Source: Eledone cirrhosa
Taxonomy: Eukaryota
Reading direction: 5' to 3'
NCBI GenBank assembly: GCA_964016885.1
Contig: OZ024744.1
Span: 21,080,001 to 21,144,000 of the forward strand
Length of the DNA: 64,000 nucleotides
In this document: in pieces, positions 1 through 12,200 of the stretch
Numbering within the stretch: the stretch's first letter is position 1
How the letters are laid out: every line of letters starts with the position of its first letter
Made by a program: the position numbers and the translations under genes
The notes under the pieces: model-generated
Databases searched by the model: none
Told to the model about the DNA's origin: nothing
The model's input: only the letters and a program-made list of their open reading frames with translations

Positions 1-3000
1 AGAACTGACTCGTTTTAAAACAGTTGAATCGTTAGAACTGACTCGTTTTAACAACAGTTGAATCTTAAAATAAAACTCGTTTTAACAATAGTTGAATCTC
101 AAGAACTGACTCGTTTTAGCAACAGTTGAATCTTAAGATAACACTCGTTTTCATAACAGTTGAATCTTAAGAACTGTCTCGTTTTAACAACAGTTGAATT
201 TTAAGATAAACCTCGTTTTGACAACAGTTGAATCTTAAGAACTGACTCGTTTTAACAACAGTTAAATCTTAATAACTGACTCGTTTTAACAACAGTTGAA
301 TGTTAAGATAAAACTCGTTTTAACAATAGTTAAATCTTAAGAACTGACTCGTTTTAACAACAGTTGAATCTTAAGATAAAACTCGTTTTAACAACTGTTG
401 AATCTTAAGAACTGACTCGTTTTAACAACAGCTGAATCTTAAGATAAAACTCGTTTTAACAACAGTTGAATCTTAAGAACTGACTCGTTTTAACAACAGT
501 TGAATCTTCAAATAAAACTCGTTTTAACAACAGTTGAATCTTAAGAACTGACTCGTTTTAACAACAGTTGAATGTTAAGATAAAACTCGTTTTAATAATA
601 GTGGAATCTTAAGAACTGACTCGTTTTAACAACAGTTGAATCTTAAGATAAAACTCGTTTTAACAACAGTTGAATCTTAAGAACTGACTTGTTTTAACAA
701 CAGCTGAATCTTAAGATAAAACTCGATTTAACAACAGTTCAAACTTAAGAAATGACTCGTTTTAACAAAAGTTGAATCTTATGAACTCACTCATTTTAAC
801 AACAGTTGAATCTTAAGATAACATTCGTTTTAACAACAGTTGAATCTTAAGATAAAACTCGTTTTAACAACAGTTGAATCTTATGAACTAACTCATTTTA
901 ACAACAGTTGAATCTTAAGTTAAGACTCGTTTTAACAACAGTTGAATCTTAAGAACTGACTCGTTTTAACGACAGCTGAATCTTAAGATAAAACTCGTTT
1001 TAACAACAGTTGGATCTTAAGAACTGACTCGTTTTAACAACAGTTGAATCTTACGATAAAACTCGTTTTAACAACAGTTGAATCTTATGAACTAACTCAT
1101 TTTAACAACAGTTGAATCTTAAGTTAAGACTCGTTTTAACAACAGTTGAATCTTAAGAACTGACTCGTTTTAACAACAGTTGAATCTTAAGACAAAACCC
1201 GTTTTAACAACAGTTGAATCTTAAGAACTGTCTCGTTTTAACAACAGTTGAATCTTAAGATAAACCTCGTTTTAACAACAGTTTAATCTTATGAACTAAC
1301 TCATTTTAACAACAGTTGAATCTTAAGTTAAGACTCGTTTTAACAACAGTTGAATCTTAAGAACTGACTCGTTTTAACAACAGTTGAATCTTAAGACAAA
1401 ACCCGTTTTAACAACAGTTGAATCTTAAGAACTGTCTCGTTTTAACAACAGTTGAATCTTAAGATAAACCTCGTTTTAACAACAGTTGAATCTTAAGAAC
1501 TGACTCGTTTTAACAACAGTTGAATCTTAAGACAAAACTCGTTTTAACAACAGTTGAATCTTAAGAACTGACTTGTTCTAACAACAGTTCAGCCTTAAGA
1601 ACTGACTCGTTTTAAAACAGTTGAATCGTTAGAACTGACTCGTTTTAACAACAGTTGAATCTTAAAATAAAACTCGTTTTAACAATAGTTGAATCTCAAG
1701 AACTGACTCGTTTTAGCAACAGTTGAATCTTAAGATAACACTCGTTTTCATAACAGTTGAATCTTAAGAACTGTCTCGTTTTAACAACAGTTGAATTTTA
1801 AGATAAACCTCGTTTTGACAACAGTTGAATCTTAAGAACTGACTCGTTTTAACAACAGTTAAATCTTAATAACTGACTCGTTTTAACAACAGTTGAATGT
1901 TAAGATAAAACTCGTTTTAACAATAGTTGAATCTTAAGATAAAACTCGTTTTAACAACAGTTGAATCTTAAGATAACACTCGTTTTCATAACAGTTGAAT
2001 CTTAAGAACTGACTCGTTTTAACAACAGCTGAATCTTAAGATAAAACTCGTTTTAACAACAGTTGAATCTTAAGAACTGACTCGTTTTAACAACAGTTGA
2101 ATCTTCAAATAAAACTCGTTTTAACAACAGTTGAATCTTAAGAACTGACTCGTTTTAACAACAGTTGAATGTTAAGATAAAACTCGTTTTAATAATAGTG
2201 GAATCTTAAGAACTGACTCGTTTTAACAACAGTTGAATCTTAAGATAAAACTCGTTTTAACAACAGTTGAATCTTATGAACTCACTCATTTTAACAACAG
2301 TTGAATCTTAAGATAACATTCGTTTTAACAACAGTTGAATCTTAAGAACTGATTCGTTTTAACAACAGTTGAATCTTAAGATAAAACTCGTTTTAACAAC
2401 ACGTGAATCTTAAGAACGGACTCGTTTTAACAACACCTGAATCTTAAGATAAAACTCGTTTTAACAACAGTTGAATCTTAAGATAAAACTCGTTTTAACA
2501 ACAGTTGAATCTTAAGAACTGACTCGTTTTAACGACAGCTGAATCTTAAGATAAAACTCGTTTTAACAACAGTTCAAACTTAAGAAATGACTCGTTTTAA
2601 CAACAGTTGAATCTTATGAACTGACTCATTTTAACAACAGTTGAATCTTAGGAACTGATTCGTTTTAACAACAGCTGAATCTTAAGATAAAACTCGTTTT
2701 AACAACAGTTGAATCTTAAGAACTGACTCGTTTTAACAACAGCTGAATCTTAAGATAAAACTCGTTTTAACAACAGTTGAATCTTAAGAACTGACTTGTT
2801 CTAACAACAGTTCAGCCTTAAGAACTGACTCGTTTTAAAACAGTTGAATCGTTAGAACTGACTCGTTTTAACAACAGTTGAATCTTAAGATAAAACTCGT
2901 TTTAACAACAGTTGAATCTTAAGAACTGACTCGTTTTAACAACAGTTGAATCTTAAGATAAAACTCGTTTTAACAACAGTTGAATCTTATGAACTAACTC

Positions 3001-6000
3001 ATTTTAACAACAGTTGAATCTTAAGTTAAGACTCGTTTTAACAACAGTTGAATCTTAAGAACTGACTCGTTTTAACGACAGCTGAATCTTAAGATAAAAC
3101 TCGTTTTAACAACAGTTGGATCTTAAGAACTGACTCGTTTTAACAACAGTTGAATCTTACGATAAAACTCGTTTTAACAACAGTTGAATCTTATGAACTA
3201 ACTCATTTTAACAACAGTTGAATCTTAAGTTAAGACTCGTTTTAACAACAGTTGAATCTTAAGAACTGACTCGTTTTAACAACAGTTGAATCTTAAGACA
3301 AAACCCGTTTTAACAACAGTTGAATCTTAAGAACTGTCTCGTTTTAACAACAGTTGAATCTTAAGATAAACCTCGTTTTAACAACAGTTTAATCTTAAGA
3401 ACTGACTCGTTTTAACAACAGTTGAATCTTAAGACAAAACTCGTTTTAACAACAGTTGAATCTTAAGAACTGACTTGTTCTAACAACAGTTCAGCCTTAA
3501 GAACTGACTCGTTTTAAAACAGTTGAATCGTTAGAACTGACTCGTTTTAACAACAGTTGAATCTTAAAATAAAACTCGTTTTAACAATAGTTGAATCTCA
3601 AGAACTGACTCGTTTTAGCAACAGTTGAATCTTAAGATAACACTCGTTTTCATAACAGTTGAATCTTAAGAACTGTCTCGTTTTAACAACAGTTGAATTT
3701 TAAGATAAACCTCGTTTTGACAACAGTTGAATCTTAAGAACTGACTCGTTTTAACAACAGTTAAATCTTAATAACTGACTCGTTTTAACAACAGTTGAAT
3801 GTTAAGATAAAACTCGTTTTAACAATAGTTAAATCTTAAGAACTGACTCGTTTTAACAACAGTTGAATCTTAAGATAAAACTCGTTTTAACAACTGTTGA
3901 ATCTTAAGAACTGACTCGTTTTAACAACAGCTGAATCTTAAGATAAAACTCGTTTTAACAACAGTTGAATCTTAAGAACTGACTCGTTTTAACAACAGTT
4001 GAATCTTCAAATAAAACTCGTTTTAACAACAGTTGAATCTTAAGAACTGACTCGTTTTAACAACAGTTGAATGTTAAGATAAAACTCGTTTTAATAATAG
4101 TGGAATCTTAAGAACTGACTCGTTTTAACAACAGTTGAATCTTAAGATAAAACTCGTTTTAACAACAGTTGAATCTTAAGAACTGACTTGTTTTAACAAC
4201 AGCTGAATCTTAAGATAAAACTCGATTTAACAACAGTTCAAACTTAAGAAATGACTCGTTTTAACAAAAGTTGAATCTTATGAACTCACTCATTTTAACA
4301 ACAGTTGAATCTTAAGATAACATTCGTTTTAACAACAGTTGAATCTTAAGATAAAACTCGTTTTAACAACAGTTGAATCTTATGAACGAACTCATTTTAA
4401 CAACAGTTGAATCTTAAGTTAAGACTCGTTTTAACAACAGTTGAATCTTAAGAACTGACTCATTTTAACGACAGCTGAATCTTAAGATAAAACTCGTTTT
4501 AACAACAGTTGGATCTTAAGAACTGACTCGTTTTAACAACAGTTGAATCTTACGATAAAACTCGTTTTAACAACAGTTGAATCTTATGAACTAACTCATT
4601 TTAACAACAGTTGAATCTTAAGTTAAGACTCGTTTTAACAACAGTTGAATCTTAAGAACTGACTCGTTTTAACAACAGTTGAATCTTAAGACAAAACCCG
4701 TTTTAACAACAGTTGAATCTTAAGAACTGTCTCGTTTTAATAACAGTTGAATCTTAAGATAAACCTCGTTTTAACAACAGTTTAATCTTATGAACTAACT
4801 CATTTTAACAACAGTTGAATCTTAAGTTAAGACTCGTTTTAACAACAGTTGAATCTTAAGAACTGACTCGTTTTAACAACAGTTGAATCTTAAGACAAAA
4901 CCCGTTTTAACAACAGTTGAATCTTAAGAACTGTCTCGTTTTAACAACAGTTGAATCTTAAGATAAACCTCGTTTTAACAACAGTTGAATCTTAAGAACT
5001 GACTCGTTTTAACAACAGTTGAATCTTAAGACAAAACTCGTTTTAACAACAGTTGAATCTTAAGAACTGACTTGTTCTAACAACAGTTCAGCCTTAAGAA
5101 CTGACTCGTTTTAAAACAGTTGAATCGTTAGAACTGACTCGTTTTAACAACAGTTGAATCTTAAAATAAAACTCGTTTTAACAATAGTTGAATCTCAAGA
5201 ACTGACTCGTTTTAGCAACAGTTGAATCTTAATATAACACTCGTTTTCATAACAGTTGAATCTTAAGAACTGTCTCGTTTTAACAACAGTTGAATTTTAA
5301 GATAAACCTCGTTTTGACAACAGTTGAATCTTAAGAACTGACTCGTTTTAACAACAGTTAAATCTTAATAACTGACTCGTTTTAACAACAGTTGAATGTT
5401 AAGATAAAACTCGTTTTAACAATAGTTGAATCTTAAGAACTGAATCGTTTTAACAACAGTTGAATCTTAAGATAAAACTCGTTTTAACAACTGTTGAATC
5501 TTAAGAACTGACTCGTTTTAACAACAGCTGAATCTTAAGATAAAACTCGTTTTAACAACAGTTGAATCTTAAGAACTGACTCGTTTTAACAACAGTTGAA
5601 TCTTCAAATAAAACTCGTTTTAACAACAGTTGAATCTTAAGAACTGACTCGTTTTAACAACAGTTGAATGTTAAGATAAAACTCGTTTTAATAATAGTGG
5701 AATCTTAAGAACTGACTCGTTTTAACAACAGTTGAATCTTAAGATAAAACTCGTTTTAACAACAGTTGAATCTTATGAACTCACTCATTTTAACAACAGT
5801 TGAATCTTAAGATAACATTCGTTTTAACAACAGTTGAATCTTAAGAACTGATTCGTTTTAACAACAGTTGAATCTTAAGATAAAACTCGTTTTAACAACA
5901 CGTGAATCTTAAGAACGGACTCGTTTTAACAACACCTGAATCTTAAGATAAAACTCGTTTTAACAACAGTTGAATCTTAAGATAAAACTCGTTTTAACAA

Positions 6001-6290
6001 CAGTTGAATCTTAAGAACTGACTCGTTTTAACGACAGCTGAATCTTAAGATAAAACTCGTTTTAACAACAGTTCAAACTTAAGAAATGACTCGTTTTAAC
6101 AACAGTTGAATCTTATGAACTGACTCATTTTAACAACAGTTGAATCTTAAGAACTGATTCGTTTTAACAACAGCTGAATCTTAAGATAAAACTCGTTTTA
6201 ACAACAGTTGAATCTTAAGAACTGACTCGTTTTAACAACAGCTGAATCTTAAGATAAAACTCGTTTTAACAACAGTTGAATCTTAAGAAC
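1..6290. repeat. Higher-order duplication: 1-~2790 repeated at 3500-~6290 (offset 3499 bp), each copy carrying an internal 1597-bp recurrence
   Basis: The 33-bp monomer (TTTTAAAACAGTTGAATCGTTAG) starts at 1, 1598, 2821, 3500 and 5097. The rare AATAGTTAAATC occurs at ~325 and ~3824, and ACGTG at 2401 and 5900. 3499 = 103x34 - 3. Confidence 0.88.
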
Positions 6291-9200
6291 TGACTCGTTT
6301 TAACAACAGCTGAATCTTAAGTTAAAACTCGTTTTAACAACAGTTGAATCTTAACATAAAACTCGTTTTAACAACAGTTGAATCTTAAGAACTGACTCTT
6401 TTTAACAACAGTTGAATCTTAAGATAAAACTCGTTTTAACAACAGTTGAATCTTATGAGCTAACTCATTTTAACAACAGTTGAATCTTAAGTTAAGACTC
6501 GTTTTAACAACAGTTGAATCTTAAGAACTGACTCGTTTTAACAACAGCTGAATCTTAAGATAAAGCTCGTTTTAACAACAGTTGAATCTTAAGAACTGAC
6601 TCGTTTTAACAACAGTTGAATCTTCAAATAAAACTCGTTTTAACAATAGTGGAATCTTAAGAACTGACTCGTTTTAACAACAGTTGAATCTTAAGATAAA
6701 ACTCGTTTTAACAACAGTTGAATCTTAAGAAATGACTCGTTTTACCAACAGCTGAATCTTAAGATAAAACTCGTTTTAACAACAGTTCAAACTTAAGAAA
6801 TGACTCGTTTTAACAAAAGTTGAATCTTATGAACTCACTCATTTTAACAACAGTTGAATCTTAAGATAACATTCGTTTTAACAACAGTTGAATCTTAAGA
6901 ACCGATTCGTTTTAACAACAGTTGAATCTTAAGATAAAACTCGTTTTAACAACACTTGAATCTTAAGAACGGACTCGTTTTAACAACACCTGAATCTTAA
7001 GATAAAACTCGTTTTAACAACAGTTGAATCTTAAGAACTGATTCGTTTTAACAACAGTTCAAACTTAAGAACTGACTCGTTTTAACAACAGTTGAATCTT
7101 ATGAACTGACTCATTTTAACAACAGTTGAATCTTAAGAACTGACTCGTTTTAACAACAGTTGAATCTTAAGAACTGATTCGTTTTAACAACAGTTGAATC
7201 TTAAAGATAAAACTCGTTTCGACAACAGTTGAATCTTAAGAACTGACTCGTTTTAACAACAGCTGAATCTTAAGATAAAACTCGTTTTAACAACAGTTGA
7301 ATCTTAAGATAAAACTCGTTTTAACAACAGTTGAATCTTAAGAACTGACTCGTTTTAACGACAGCTGAATCTTAAGATAAAACTCGTTTTAACAACAGTT
7401 CAAACTTAAGAAATGACTCGTTTCAACAACAGTTGAATCTTATGAACTGACTCATTTTAACAACAGCTGAATCTGAAGATAAAACTCGTTTTAACAACAG
7501 TTGAATCTTAAGAACTGATTCGTTTTAACAACAGCTGAATCTTAAGATAAAACTCGTTTTAACAACAGTTGAATCTTAAGAACTGACTCGTTTTAACAAC
7601 AGCTGAATCTTAAGATAAAACTCGTTTTAACAACAGTTGAATCTTAAGATAAATCTCGTTTTAACAACAGTTGAATCTTAAGAACTGACTCTTTTTAACA
7701 ACAGTTGAATCTTAAGATAAAACTCGTTTTAACAACAGTTGAATCTTATGAGCTAACTCATTTTAACAACAGTTGAATCTTAAGTTAAGACTCGTTTTAA
7801 CAACAGTTGAATCTTAAGAACTGACTCGTTTTAACAACAGCTGAATCTTAAGATAAAACTCGTTTTAACAACAGTTGAATCTTAAGAACTGACTCGTTTT
7901 AACAACAGCTGAATCTTAAGATAAAACTCGTTTTAACAACAGTTGAATCTTAAGATAAAACTCGTTTTAACAACAGTTGAATCTTAAGTACTGACTCGTT
8001 TTAACAACAGTTGAATCTTAAGGTAAAACTCGTTTTAACAACAGTTGAATCTTATGAACTAACTCATTTTAACAACAGTTGAATCTTAAGTTAAGACTCA
8101 TTTTAACAACAGTTGAATCTTAAGAACTTACTCGTTTTAACGACAGCTGAATCTTAAGATAAAACTCGGTTTAACAACAGTTGGATCTTAAGAACTGACT
8201 CGTTTTAACAACAGTTGAATCTTACGATAAAACTCGTTTTAACAACAGTTGAATCTTATGAACTAACTCATTTTAACAACAGTTGAATCTTAAGTTAAGA
8301 CTCGTTTTAACAACAGTTGAATATTAAGACAAAACCCGTTTTAACAACAGTTGAATCTTAAGAACTGTCTCGTTTTAACAACAGTTGAATCTTAAGATAA
8401 ACCTCGTTTTAACAACAGTTTAATCTTAAGAACTGACTCGTTTTAACAACAGTTGAATCTTAAGACAAAACTCGTTTTAACAACAGTTGAATCTTAAGAA
8501 CTGACTTGTTCTAACAACAGTTCAGCCTTAAGAACTGACTCGTTTTAACAACAGTTGAATCTTAAAATAAACCTCGTTTTGACAACAGTTGAATCTTAAG
8601 AACTGACTCGTTTTAACAACAGTTAAATCTTAATAACTGACTCGTTTTAACAACAGTTGAATGTTAAGATAAAACTCGTTTTAACAATAGTTGAATCTTA
8701 AGATAAAACTCGTTTTAACAACTGTTGAATCTTAAGAACTGACTCGTTTTAACAACATCTGAATCTTAAGATAAAACTCGTTTTAACAACAGTTGAATCT
8801 TAAGAACTGACTCGTTTTAACAACAGCTGAATCTTAAGATAAAACTCGTTTTAACAACAGTTCAAACTTAAGAAATGACTCGTTTTAAGAAAAGTTGAAT
8901 CTTATGAACCCACTCATTTTAACAACAGTTGAGTCTTAAGATAACATTCGTTTTAACAACAGTTGAATCTTAAGATAAAACTCGTTTTAACAACTGTTGA
9001 ATCTTAAGAACTGACTCGTTTTAACAACAGCTGAATCTTAAGATAAAACTCGTTTTAACAACAGTTGAATCTTAAGAACTGACTCGTTTTAACAACAGTT
9101 GAATCTTCAAATAAAACTCGTTTTAACAACAGTTGAATCTTAAGAACTGACTCGTTTTAACAACAGTTGAATGTTAAGATAAAACTCGTTTTAATAATAG

Positions 9201-12200
9201 TGGAATCTTAAGAACTGACTCGTTTTAACAACAGTTGAATCTTAAGATAAAACTCGTTTTAACAACAGTTGAATCTTAAGAACTGACTTGTTTTAACAAC
9301 AGCTGAATCTTAAGATAAAACTCGATTTAACAACAGTTCAAACTTAAGAAATGACTCGTTTTAACAAAAGTTGAATCTTATGAACTCACTCATTTTAACA
9401 ACAGTTGAATCTTAAGATAACATTCGTTTTAACAACAGTTGAATCTTAAGATAAAACTCGTTTTAACAACAGTTGAATCTTATGAACTAACTCATTTTAA
9501 CAACAGTTGAATCTTAAGTTAAGACTCGTTTTAACAACAGTTGAATCTTAAGAACTGACTCGTTTTAACGACAGCTGAATCTTAAGATAAAACTCGTTTT
9601 AACAACAGTTGGATCTTAAGAACTGACTCGTTTTAACAACAGTTGAATCTTACGATAAAACTCGTTTTAACAACAGTTGAATCTTATGAACTAACTCATT
9701 TTAACAACAGTTGAATCTTAAGTTAAGACTCGTTTTAACAACAGTTGAATCTTAAGAACTGACTCGTTTTAACAACAGTTGAATCTTCAAATAAAACTCG
9801 TTTTAACAACAGTTGAATCTTAAGAACTGACTCGTTTTAACAACAGTTGAATGTTAAGATAAAACTCGTTTTAATAATAGTGGAATCTTAAGAACTGACT
9901 CGTTTTAACAACAGTTGAATCTTAAGATAAAACTCGTTTTAACAACAGTTGAATCTTATGAACTCACTCATTTTAACAACAGTTGAATCTTAAGATAACA
10001 TTCGTTTTAACAACAGTTGAATCTTAAGAACTGATTCGTTTTAACAACAGTTGAATCTTAAGATAAAACTCGTTTTAACAACACGTGAATCTTAAGAACG
10101 GACTCGTTTTAACAACACCTGAATCTTAAGATAAAACTCGTTTTAACAACAGTTGAATCTTAAGATAAAACTCGTTTTAACAACAGTTGAATCTTAAGAA
10201 CTGACTCGTTTTAACGACAGCTGAATCTTAAGATAAAACTCGTTTTAACAACAGTTCAAACTTAAGAAATGACTCGTTTTAACAACAGTTGAATCTTATG
10301 AACTGACTCATTTTAACAACAGTTGAATCTTAAGAACTGATTCGTTTTAACAACAGCTGAATCTTAAGATAAAACTCGTTTTAACAACAGTTGAATCTTA
10401 AGAACTGACTCGTTTTAACAACAGCTGAATCTTAAGATAAAACTCGTTTTAACAACAGTTGAATCTTAAGAACTGACTCGTTTTAACAACAGCTGAATCT
10501 TAAGTTAAAACTCGTTTTAACAACAGTTGAATCTTAACATAAAACTCGTTTTAACAACAGTTGAATCTTAAGAACTGACTCTTTTTAACAACAGTTGAAT
10601 CTTAAGATAAAACTCGTTTTAACAACAGTTGAATCTTATGAGCTAACTCATTTTAACAACAGTTGAATCTTAAGTTAAGACTCGTTTTAACAACAGTTGA
10701 ATCTTAAGAACTGACTCGTTTTAACAACAGCTGAATCTTAAGATAAAGCTCGTTTTAACAACAGTTGAATCTTAAGAACTGACTCGTTTTAACAACAGTT
10801 GAATCTTCAAATAAAACTCGTTTTAACAATAGTGGAATCTTAAGAACTGACTCGTTTTAACAACAGTTGAATCTTAAGATAAAACTCGTTTTAACAACAG
10901 TTGAATCTTAAGAACTGACTCGTTTTACCAACAGCTGAATCTTAAGATAAAACTCGTTTTAACAACAGTTCAAACTTAAGAAATGACTCGTTTTAACAAA
11001 AGTTGAATCTTATGAACTCACTCATTTTAACAACAGTTGAATCTTAAGATAACATTCGTTTTAACAACAGTTGAATCTTAAGAACCGATTCGTTTTAACA
11101 ACAGTTGAATCTTAAGATAAAACTCGTTTTAACAACACTTGAATCTTAAGAACGGACTCGTTTTAACAACACCTGAATCTTAAGATAAAACTCGTTTTAA
11201 CAACAGTTGAATCTTAAGAACTGATTCGTTTTAACAACAGTTCAAACTTAAGAACTGACTCGTTTTAACAACAGTTGAATCTTATGAACTGACTCATTTT
11301 AACAACAGTTGAATCTTAAGATAACATTCGTTTTAACAACAGTTGAATCTTAAGAACTGATTCGTTTTAACAACAGTTGAATCTTAAAGATAAAACTCGT
11401 TTCGACAACAGTTGAATCTTAAGAACTGACTCGTTTTAACAACAGCTGAATCTTAAGATAAAACTCGTTTTAACAACAGTTGAATCTTAAGATAAAACTC
11501 GTTTTAACAACAGTTGAATCTTAAGAACTGACTCGTTTTAACGACAGCTGAATCTTAAGATAAAACTCGTTTTAACAACAGTTCAAACTTAAGAAATGAC
11601 TCGTTTCAACAACAGTTGAATCTTATGAACTGACTCATTTTAACAACAGCTGAATCTGAAGATAAAACTCGTTTTAACAACAGTTGAATCTTAAGAACTG
11701 ATTCGTTTTAACAACAGCTGAATCTTAAGATAAAACTCGTTTTAACAACAGTTGAATCTTAAGAACTGACTCGTTTTAACAACAGCTGAATCTTAAGATA
11801 AAACTCGTTTTAACAACAGTTGAATCTTAAGATAAATCTCGTTTTAACAACAGTTGAATCTTAAGAACTGACTCTTTTTAACAACAGTTGAATCTTAAGA
11901 TAAAACTCGTTTTAACAACAGTTGAATCTTATGAGCTAACTCATTTTAACAACAGTTGAATCTTAAGTTAAGACTCGTTTTAACAACAGTTGAATCTTAA
12001 GAACTGACTCGTTTTAACAACAGCTGAATCTTAAGATAAAACTCGTTTTAACAACAGTTGAATCTTAAGAACTGACTCGTTTTAACAACAGCTGAATCTT
12101 AAGATAAAACTCGTTTTAACAACAGTTGAATCTTAAGATAAAACTCGTTTTAACAACAGTTGAATCTTAAGTACTGACTCGTTTTAACAACAGTTGAATC

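Noticed and set aside
392-400. CAACTGTTG as a micro-inversion of CAACAGTTG
   Set aside because: It is equally explained by a single A to T substitution, and all copies appear to descend from one event through HOR duplication.
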